From NCBI GenBank assembly GCA_050613775.1, contig JBODTK010000134.1, positions 62,001 to 126,000 on the forward strand: a stretch of 64,000 bases of DNA. Reading direction: 5' to 3'. The first letter of the stretch is position 1. Every line of letters starts with the position of its first letter. Under the pieces are notes generated by a model. The model was given only the letters and a program-made list of their open reading frames with translations, did not search any database and had not been told where the DNA came from. This stretch comes from Neocallimastix sp. 'constans' (lineage: Eukaryota). The position numbers and the translations under genes were made by a program. Below, piece after piece: positions 27,101 to 64,000 of the stretch.

Positions 27101-29149
27101 ATGAGTTTAGCAAGGTAATAATAATAAAAATTAAAGAAGAAAAGGAAGAAAAATTAATATAAATATAAAAAAAATCATATATTTTTATGATTAATCTAAT
27201 TATTAATATAATCTTAATATATACATTTATATAAATAAACAAACAATATTATTATAATATAATTTTAATGTATAATGTTTTATATAATGTTTTATTATGC
27301 AATTTCCATATAAATTATTATCATATAAAAAATAGTTTTTTACCAAAACCAAGAAATCAAACTTTAAAAAATGATTCAATATTCGATCGTACACCATTAA
27401 TTTCAGATGATATTGTTGGACCACCACCATATAGACATAGAAAGGGTTTTATTCCAAGAACAGTGGAGGTATATTTTATTAAATTCATTGGATTTTATTA
27501 TTATATTCTATAAATTAAAAATAAAAAAATATAAAATTATATTTAAATTTTTTTAAAAAAAAAGATTGATTGAAATAAATTTATATATCAATATTATTTT
27601 ATTAGTTTTTTTTGTAATAGTAATAGTAAATTGTTTTTTAAATCTATTTTTAAAATATTTAATTAATTTTAATTTGATATTATTATTTTATAAAAATAAA
27701 TTATAATTAATAAAAATGTGAATTAAAATGGAAATAATGAATAGGATTTTGGAAATGGTGGTGCATTTCCAGAAATTCATGTAGTTCAATACCCATTAGA
27801 TATGGGTAGAAAAAAGAGTATTAAAACATCGTCAACTAAAACTTTACCATTACAAGTTGATGGAGATGGTAAAATTAGATATGATGCAATTTTAAAGCAA
27901 GGTCATAGTAATAATAGAATTATTCATTCACAATTGAAAGATATTGTACCAATGGAGAAAAGAGATTTTAATGCTAGACCAACGGAGGATGAAATTAAAA
28001 AGACAACGGAGAAGACACAAGCAGCTTTACAGGCAATTTTAGAAGGTCGTTCAAAATCAGTACAAGGCGGTACAAGTAAAGATAAAAAAGCTGGACCATC
28101 ATTTGTTAAATATACCCCAGCTTCAAAATCAACAGTTGGTTCACGTATTATTAGAATGGTTGAAGCACCAGTAGATCCAATGGAACCACCAAAGTTTAAA
28201 CATAAGAAAATGCCAAGAGGACCGCCATCCCCACCAGCTCCAGTATTACATTCACCACCAAGAAAAGTATCTGCTGAAGAACAAAGTAATTGGGTTATTC
28301 CACCTTGTATTAGTAATTGGAAAAATGCTAAAGGTTATACTATTCCATTAGATAAACGTTTAGCGGCAGATGGTCGTGGTATTCAAGATATTCAAATTAA
28401 TCCTAAATTTGCAAGTTTTTCAGAAGCCCTTTCAATTGCTGATCGTCATGCCCGTGAGGAAGTAAGATTAAGAGCAAACATGCAAGCAAAATTAGCTGCT
28501 AAAGAAAAGAAAGAAAAAGAAGAAAGATTACGTATGCTTGCTCAACGTGCTCGTGAAGAAAGAGCAGGTAAATATAATAAAATTTTTAATTAAATTAATA
28601 TTGTAATTAAATTAGTTTATATAATATTATAATTATAATTATAATTATGATATAATATTGTATATAATTATTTTATTATTATGAATGATTTTTTTTTTTT
28701 TAAGTTTATTTGTAATATTTACATTAAGTTTATTAATTTTATTCTAAATTTATTTTGTTAATAATTTAATTGAATAAAATCATAATTAATACTCAAATAC
28801 ATTAATATAATAGGCTTAATAAACAATGCTTCTAGCGAATATAATGAAAGAAAGGAAAGAAATGAATCAGAGTCAGAATCAGAATCAGAATCAGGATCTG
28901 ATACAAGATCAGAATCATCAAGATCTGAACATTCACATAGAGAACATAGGTCATCAAGACATAGAAACGAAAGTGAAAGTGAAAGAAAGGCTAAAGAACG
29001 TGATAATTTAAGACGTGAAAGACAGAAACAACGTGAAAGAGAAATGCGTTTATCTCATATGGGACAAGAAACCAAGTCTAAAGTTATGCGTAAGCTGTAT
29101 GTAATTCTTATATATAAATAAATAATATAAATATTTAAAATTTTAATTA

Positions 29150-29192
<43 letters not shown>

Positions 29193-29786
29193 TTACTAAT
29201 TGTAAATATTGGTAAATAATTTACAAACAATAAATTATTTATAATTATGTAGTGGTGATCGTGATATATCAGAAAAGATTGCATTAGGTTTAGCCCAACC
29301 AACTGCATCAAGAGAATCGATGTATGATCAACGTTTATTTAATAGATCAGAAGGTTTATCATCTGGTTTTGGAAGTGAAGACAGTTATAATATATATGAT
29401 AAACCACTATTTGCGGAACGTAGTTCGAATACTATATATAGACCAAAGAAAACAGTGTCAGATGAAAACTATGATACCGAAGCAATAGAAAAAATAGTTA
29501 GCAATAAAATTGGAGGTAAATATATATATAAATTAAATAATAGTTATATATTAAAATAATAAGATGTATTATAAGATTTAATTAAAATATTAATATATAT
29601 TTTATATATGAATAAATAGGTGAAGGTAGTAGAGGCTTTAAAGGAGCAGATGTTAATTCTGATAGATCAGGCCCTGTTCAATTTGAAAAAGAAGAAGATC
29701 CATATGAATTGGAAAAATTCTTAAAGAATAAGAGAAATCATGAAGGTGATGATGAAAGAAGTTCTGAGAAAAGAAGAAGACATTAA
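27101..29786 (+). CDS. SNW1: SNW1/SKIP/Prp45 splicing factor (6 exons)
   Basis: MSLAS/FLPKP..PRTVE/DFGNGGAFPEIHVVQYPLDMG..DPMEPPKFKHKK.PRGPPSPPAPVLHSPPRK..WVIPPCISNWKNAKGYTIPLDKRLAADGRG..RDISEKIALG..YDQRLFN..GPVQFEKE; 14-nt first exon 27101-27114; TAA at 29784-29786. Confidence 0.97.
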
Positions 29787-30787
29787 AATTCATTTATAAA
29801 TTAAAAATTACATAAAAATAATTATTGATTAATTTTTATCGAATTCATTGGAAAACAAAAATAAAAACAAAAATTAAATAAAAGAACAAAATTTTGTATA
29901 TAAATAATATAATATTTAAATACATAAAATCTTTTTATTTATATATTATTAAATATTAAAAAAAAAAAGTGTATAATTTAAAATATTAATATTATTATAA
30001 TTTATATAGAAATGCTATAAGAAATATTATTTAATAATAAATTATTTATTATATTTATATTGAAGAAAATTATATTTTAAATAAGAATTTTGGATTTTTT
30101 TGTCTTTTTAGTAAATTTTTATATCTATTTTTTATTTATATTATTATTTATAATTTAATTTATTTAAATGAATGAAATAAATAAATATAAATAAATAATA
30201 AAAATCAATAAATTAATAAATAAATAAATAAATAAATAAATACATATATATACAACTATATAAATAAAATATAAGTAGCTATATAATTAACTATATAACT
30301 AACTATATAAATAAATAATATAATTTATTATATATTTATTATTATTTATAAATTTTTATTATTATTATTTTTTTATTGATGTACAAACTATATTTCAAAT
30401 TTTTTTTTTAAATAATAACTAAATGTTTATTTTTACCAACAAAAAAAATTTTTTTTCTTATAAGAAAAAATCGGAGTAAAAATAAAATTTTTTTTAGTAA
30501 ATTAGATTTTAATTAGTAAATACTATTTTTTAACATTTTAAAAACGATTTAATATGATTATATCCACAAAAATTCAAATTTTAATTATTTCTATTTTATA
30601 ATTTTATGATAAAATAAGATATAATAATTAATTATATATAAAATAAAATCTATTACCATTAATTAATAATAAAGAGAATTAGAAAATTATTAATATATAT
30701 AAATTTGTTATTTTTATATTATATAATTAGTATTTATTAGTTTATTTATTATTTAATTATGTATTTATCATAATAATATATATATAA

Positions 30788-49026
<18,239 letters not shown>

Positions 49027-49816
49027 TTGAACTTTAAGTAAAAACTGATGAAATTAGATTAATTTAATTATTCAAAATAAGATTAATAACTATCAAGGAA
49101 ATTAAAATAGAATAAAAAAAAATCTATTTATATCATTTTAAATAAAATATACGAATTTAAGTAAAATAAACAAAAAAATAATAAAGAAAAAAATGTAAAA
49201 TCAAAATGAAAGAAAATGAAAGGAAAAGATAAGAGTGAAATAAAAAAAAAATAAAAAAAAAATTCAAGAAAATATTAAAGTAAATATATAAATGTATGTT
49301 TTTTTCTATTAAAATAATTTTATAAATAAAGACTAAAAAATATCATTTATCAATAAAAATGTAGAATGAAAACTTTATTATTTCGTTTTTATCATTTAAT
49401 GGTGAAATTCTTGTTATATATTTTTATATGTAGAAGTTTCGTACTACAATAAAAAAAATACAAATATACTTTTTTAATATAAACCATAAAATATATTATT
49501 AAAGTTCAGAAAAAAAAAATTTTTTTTTAATATTTAATTTATTTTATTTTTTTTTTTAATTTTTTATTTTTTTTATAGTTTTATATAATATATATACTTG
49601 TTATTTTTTTTTATTTATAATATATTTTTAAAATAAAAACAAAATGATTTAAAATTTATAAACTTTAAATAATTTAAAAATAAATTATAAAATATATAAT
49701 GATGAATATTGATGTCATATAAAAAAGCAAATTAATAATTAATATTAATGTTATTATAAGTTTTCTATAATATTTTATTTATAATATATGATATATATAA
49801 TTATTTTTATTAAAGG

Positions 49817-49865
<49 letters not shown>

Positions 49866-49954
49866 TATAAAATAAAATTAATAACATAATATTTTTGAAA
49901 ATATATTAAATGATAATACAAGTAATTAAGATAAAACATTAGAAAATTAGAAAC

Positions 49955-57240
<7,286 letters not shown>

Positions 57241-57510
57241 AATAAAATAAAATAAAATAAAATAAAATAAAATAAAATAAAATAAAATAAAAAAAAAAAA
57301 AAAAAAAATAAAATAAAAATAATATTAAAAAATAAATTTATAATAATAATATTAATAAAATTATTCAAGGTTTTAACCCGTGAATAATGATTATAAAAAT
57401 GAAAATGAAAGTGAAAATAAAATAAAGCAGAATAAATTTATTTTTAAACTTGTGTTATAAATATTAAATTAAAAGAATACAAAACAGACCAAGAAATAAA
57501 AAAATAAAAC

Positions 57511-57542
<32 letters not shown>

Positions 57543-58015
57543 CATATTAACCACAAATAATTATTAAAATAAAATAAAATAAAATAGAATAAAATATAAT
57601 AAAACAAAACAAAACAAAACAAAACAAATAAACCAAAAACAAAAACGAAAACGAAAACGAAAACAAACAAACAAACAAACAAACAAACAAACAAACAAAC
57701 AAAAAAAACAAAAAAAAAAAAAAAAAAAAAAATAATAAAAACTATACTAAATATTAATTTATATATTTACATATATTTAATAACAAAACTATACTAAATA
57801 TACATATTTAATAAAATTTATAAATACCAAATATAATAAAAATAAAGAAATTAAAATTGAAAAAAAATATAGAACTCCACAAAATAAATAAAATTATGTT
57901 ATTGTTTAAGTTTAATAATTTATAAATAAAAATATATATTGTATACATTTATACAAGTTATTCATTTATACATTTCTTTTTAATTTAAAAACAATCTTTA
58001 TTTGTAATTATCTGT

Positions 58016-58051
<36 letters not shown>

Positions 58052-58168
58052 TATAATAATTATAATTATAATAAAAAAAAAAAAAAAGAAAGAAAACAAG
58101 AAATATTATTTTATAATTTTAATTGTTATTTATTAAAATAATAATAAAATAATAATAATAATAAAAAA

Positions 58169-58200
<32 letters not shown>

Positions 58201-58444
58201 ATTAAAAGATATGTATAATATTAATAAATTAAAATAAATAAAATTCTTTTTATAAATAATATAATAATAAAAAAAAAAAAAAAACTGAAATAATAAGATA
58301 TAATAACGACAGTGATAAATCTCTATAATATATTAATAACATTTGAATCAAATTTTAAATTTACATTTTAAATAATTATTTTCTAATTTATTATTTCTAA
58401 ATGTAAAAAAAAAAAAAAAAAGAGTTGTATTTATCGGATTATAA

Positions 58445-60582
58445 TTATTTTAACTTCATTTTTTGCTTTTTTATATGGGCTCTTAATATTTTCTATTTTT
58501 TTTTTAAAATAAAAATAAAACAAAAGTAAAAAAAAAAAAAAAAATAAGAATAATTATAAATTAAAATGTATAATATATATTTAATTTTTAAGTTACCTGT
58601 TTTTCTCTTAAAGATTTTTTAGCTTTATTTTGAACACTTCTTTTATGAACAACCATCATAAATGCCTTATTTTTCTTTGCCTTTTCCTATTAAAAATATG
58701 ACAATTATAAAAATAATTTTTAAATAATACTATTAAAAAAATATTATTAAATATATTAAGTCTATCAAAATATTTACTGCATTTGTAACACTAGTTCTTT
58801 CTTTTCCTTTTCTTGAACCGAATTTAAGACGACCTTCACGACCACGCTATTTTATTATATAATATAAATATGTTTATTATTATTTTATTATATATATTTA
58901 TATAACGATTATGTTATTTATAAATATATATATAAATGCCTCTTACCTTAATACTTTCTATACGTTCTTCATAATCAGATCTCTTTCTTTTAATATGTAC
59001 TGTAAGATCATCAGCATCTAAATATTCTTTATTTTCTTCTTCGTCTTCTTCTTCTGAAGAATCAGAGAAGTACACTTCATCCTTATTTCCAGTCATTTTG
59101 TTTATTTCTTCATGATGACGAAGTCTCTTTAATTTAGCAAAATCTTCATCTGTTAAAATCTAATTACAGTAATATTTATAATTTGAAATGTTATTAAATA
59201 TTTTAATATATAGATTAAAACTATTAAATGTTTATTTTAATTTGTAAAATTATTACTCTTGAAGTTAATTCTTCGTTGGCTTTTTTCTTTTCTTCAAGTT
59301 TAATTCTTTCTTTTTCTGCTTTGGTTTCTTCATTTTCTTCATTTTCTTCATTTTCCTCATTGCTAATTATTTCAGCTTCACTATCTACTTCCCATCCTTC
59401 CCATCCTTCTCCAGGATCTTCATCTTCATTATTTTCTTTTTCTTCCTTTTTCCTTTGATATTTCATTAATAACTATTTATAATATATCATAATAAATATC
59501 AACACTTTTTTTTCGTTTTTTTTAACATTATTTTTAAATAAACTTACATCCATGCCTTCAACTGTATCATTAACTTTAACTTCACCATATTGCGGGGCTT
59601 TAATATTATTAAGATTCATTGTTGCAATTTTACCCTTTATATTTTAAATTTTATGATAATGAAAGAATAATATTATAATTATGGTTATGTCATATAATTA
59701 CTAATAAAATAATTAAAAATAGTTTTATAATGAAAAATAATTAATATTTACTCTGTCTTTCTTTTTTAGCATTTCTGGGTTAATTTCACGATAAAGACTA
59801 ACCAATGATTTTGCAGCTGCTGTAACACCACTATCTTGATGAATTTTAAAATCCGCTACTAAACTTTGTAATAATCTTTCATTCATTGCTAATGGTGCAC
59901 GAGTACAGATTTCTCTTAAACTATTCAAACTGTTATTTGAAAATTGTATTATCATTATTTATATTTATTAATATTTACATCATTTTATTATTCATGTTTT
60001 ATATTTTATTAAAAATGTAATAAATTTTATTAATATTAATAATACAGCTTATATTTTTAATACTGAAATCATTAAATTTTTAATATTTACCCAACAATAA
60101 TAGCTTCAGATGCACAATTTGTCCATAAGAAATTATTTGATATAGCTTCAACGATAGGTTCAATTGAATCTGGGGGAATCAAATCATGTATACTTTGAGC
60201 AGTATATGCTAAAATTTGGGTAACATCACGTTGATGTGGTACTAAATATTTTATGATAAATGTATAGAAATTCAATAATATAAGCTTATGAACACCAATC
60301 AAACGAGAAATGAGATTAATCATTTGAATTCTGACTTCAAATGAAAACTCTGATGTCGAAGTAACTTGCTTTAATCTTGAGAATAATTTTTCAGTGAATC
60401 CTTATTACGTTTAATAAATTTATTAATAGAAATGTTTTGTAACAAAAATAAAAATTATATTTATATTTACCTTGTGGATCATTAATTAAATGTAAAGCAG
60501 AAAAATTAAATACTTCAGCTTTATTTCTTTGTCTTTCTTTCTATTTTAATTAAATTAAACATAAAATATAATCAAATAATTT

Positions 60583-60619
<37 letters not shown>

Positions 60620-60641
60620 TTTTAATTATTTTAAAGGTTTA

Positions 60642-60716
<75 letters not shown>

Positions 60717-61971
60717 TAATAATATATAATAATAATATATAATAATAATAACCTTTTTTAATGTAGTTAACGCTCTTTCCATTTGTGCTTGTTTGGACTT
60801 TGTTTTTTTAGTTATTTTCATTGTTCTTTTCATATAACCAATATCAATATCCTATAATTAAATTATTAAATTATTAAATTATTATATATTAACAAATACA
60901 TAATTTCAATAAAAAAATATTAATATTATTAATTTATTATTACATCTTCGTCTTCTTCCTCTTCCTCTTTATTATTTAAACCTAAGAAAAAAGCTATAGC
61001 TGTAGCAGCAATCTTTTGCGTTTTAGATAAACAGGCTTGAGTAATAATATTTACAGTTTTTTCATCATTCCTTTAATATTAAATGACATAATGTTAATTT
61101 TTAATATACTTTGTATTAATTATACAAAAATAATTATATTCAAAATAATTTTATTTTACCATATATTTTTTTTATATAAATCAATCATGACTTTCAAAGA
61201 TTCTCTTGCTGCAATCTATTTATATTAATTTAAAAGTTTATGTTTTAATTATTTCTTCTATTAAATTTATAATATTTTATTGATTTTATTTAATTAATCT
61301 TTTTAGTATTTAATAATTAAATTACATCATCGGAATCATTTAACATTTTGAACATGAAATTTTGAAGAGTTTTATTTAATTTATTATTTTTATGCTTTGC
61401 ATTTGAATTTTTAATATCAGTAACAATGTATGTATGTAATAAAGTACGTAAAAGTTTGTCTTTACAGCGGAATAAAGTGAAAAATAACGATAATAAGCTA
61501 TAAGCAATGAATATATAGTTTATGTTTATGTCATTTAATAATTAAACAATATTACCAAATTATAATGTTATAATAATTATATATAAAATTTTTAACTATT
61601 AATATAAATTATATTTACTTTGCTGTAGAAACGACATCCTTATTTTTTAATAAAATTAAAGCTTGAACCATGGTTTTTCTTAAATTTGGAGATAAGATCA
61701 TATAATGTTGGGAAAGAATGTCAATAAGTTGTTTTGGAAATTCAGAGGTTTCTTTTGGATAGCAACTTGAAACATGACTTAAAAATGTAATTAATTCACC
61801 GAATTCTTCACTTTCACTTTCTGGTTTTAATTGAAAAATTGATAATTGTGATTCATAGTGTCTCCATTGTCTAAAAAATTCATCTTTATATGATAAAGGA
61901 TCTCTTTTAATGAGATTTTGTAATTGAGGTAAATTTTGAATTAAAGTGATTCCTCTATTTTTCTTTACCAT
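58445..61971 (-). CDS. SDA1: SDA1, 60S ribosomal subunit maturation/export factor (multi-exon)
   Basis: [121 protein letters not shown] at 58447-58445. Confidence 0.96.
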
Positions 61972-62237
61972 TTTTAAAATTTTGAAATTTTTAATTAAAT
62001 TTCAATTAATTAAATTAAATATATACTTTTATTTTAAATTTTTACTTTTTTTTTTTTTTTTTTTATTTCTTTTATTTTTTTGCTTATTTTTTTTTCTGAT
62101 TTATAAAATTTTTTATCTAATATAAAATTTATGTTTTTAAAAATTAAATATTAAGAATTTATTTATAAAGTAAATTAAAACTACTTAAAGCTTTTAAATT
62201 ATTGAAATCTTTTGAAAATTTAAAGTTTTTGAATTAA

Positions 62238-62308
<71 letters not shown>

Positions 62309-62634
62309 ATTAATTTTAATTTTAAAAAGTTATGATTGGTTGAAAATACTTTTTCAAAATGCAAATAGAATTCTAATAAATAGAATATTTATTATTAATA
62401 TTAATAATAAAAAAATTTAAATAATAATAAGATTATAATTAATTAATTCTCGACTTTATTTTTATCTTTATCTGTACACTATATATTTAATTTCTTATAT
62501 ATATATATTTATATATTTTTTATTTAAGTTTTTTCATTATTATTTTTTTTTTTTTGTAATTTTTTCTATTTTTATTTATAGAACATTAGTAATATATAAT
62601 AATTTAGTTTATTTAAATATAGTTATATATTAAA

Positions 62635-64000
62635 ATGTCTACAGTGCATAAAATACAAGCCCTTCAAAAGAATATTAAAAATATTAGAAATATATGCATT
62701 TTAGCTCATGTGGATCATGGTACATATAAATTAAACAAAGAAAATATCATTCATTAATAATCCATTTATTATCCATTTATTATAATGTTAATATAAAAAA
62801 TTTAAAATCAAATTTTATTTTCAATTAATGATAAAATTAAATTTAATTAAACAAAGTATCTTAGATGACAAAATAATAAATATAATTAATAATTTAGTGT
62901 TCTGCTTGAATTGTATAAATAAAACTATAAATTGTATTTTTATAGTTTTATTATTCAATTGAAATTGAATTTTATGTTAATTTCTTTATATATATATATA
63001 TTACAAATTATTATAATTATAAATTATTAAATATTAAAACATAATAAAGGAAAAACTACTCTTTCAGATAGTTTATTAGCCTCAAATGGAATTATTTCAG
63101 AAAGATTGGCTGGTAAAGTTAGATACTTAGATAGTAGAGAAGATGAACAAGAAAGAGGAATTACAATGGAATCTTCTGGTATTTCTTTATCTTTCCAAGT
63201 TTTAACAAATTATCTTAACAGTGAAACAAAGCAAAGTAGATTTCAAATATTAATCTTATTAAAAATTATATATTAGCATATATTATTAAAAAATTTTGTT
63301 TTATTTTTAATTATTATTTCAATACAAAATAATTTTTATTTTTTTTATTTTTATAGTTGAAATGAAAAAGGAGAATTATTTGATTAATTTAATTGATTCC
63401 CCAGGACATATCGATTTTTCAAGTGAAGTATCCATTGCGTCAAGATTGTGTGATGGTGCATTAGTTTTAGTTGATGTTGTTGAAGGTATTTGTACTCAGG
63501 TAAATATTTCATAAAAAATCAAACATGTTTTTTTTTTTTTTTTTTTTATATTTGTTTCATAATATTTTATTTATATGTTTATATTTTTTTTCGAAATGTA
63601 TAAGACACATACTGTTCTTCGACAAGCATGGGATGAAAATATTCGTTGTATCATTGTGTTTAATAAAATTGATAGATTAATTACCGAACTAAAATTAACA
63701 GCTACAGAAGCATATATTCATATAAGAAATATTCTTGAACAAATTAATGCAATTATGGGTTCTTTTTTTGCTGGTGGTGTAATGGAAGAAGATAATTTAA
63801 AGAGAGAGGTTCATATACTATATATTAATAGTAGATAAATTAATATTATATTAGATATTGGGAAATTAAATATTTTGGTATTTTATAGAATAAAAAAGGT
63901 GAAGATGACGGAGATGATGAGTGGGATGAAGAAAAGGAAAAAGAAATTTTCTTTTCACCAGAAAAAGGAAATGTTATTTTTGCCAGTGCTATTGATGGTT
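62635..64000 (+). CDS. EFL1: EFL1/RIA1 elongation-factor-like GTPase (5' part, runs off the window)
   Basis: [143 protein letters not shown]. Confidence 0.96.

Overview
Extremely AT-rich, intron-rich eukaryotic genomic DNA. It is most consistent with an anaerobic gut fungus (Neocallimastigomycota), inferred from base composition, a fungal-type EF-1alpha, a Cdc15/SepH kinase and flagellar genes. Contents in order: the 3' end of an Arp4-like gene; an orphan Cys-rich single-pass membrane protein; a cluster of nested, degenerate non-LTR (LINE) fragments; intronless EF-1alpha; an androglobin homologue; a short retro-insertion with a 13-bp target-site duplication; SNW1/Prp45; an ~18-kb gene for a giant ASH/PapD-like Ig-repeat protein; a Cdc15/Cdc7/SepH kinase; SDA1; and the 5' part of EFL1/RIA1. 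Highlights: (1) the androglobin homologue appears to lack the whole globin+IQ module, with the two flanks fused inside one exon; (2) the giant ASH gene contains a clear U12-type AT-AC minor-spliceosome intron (35308-35387); (3) that ~4800-aa protein has an unfamiliar architecture including a PxGxTxxGxP(Y/F)(Y/F) repeat; (4) SDA1 and EFL1, both 60S maturation factors, are head-to-head. Gene models were read by hand and homologies come from recalled family motifs, not database searches.
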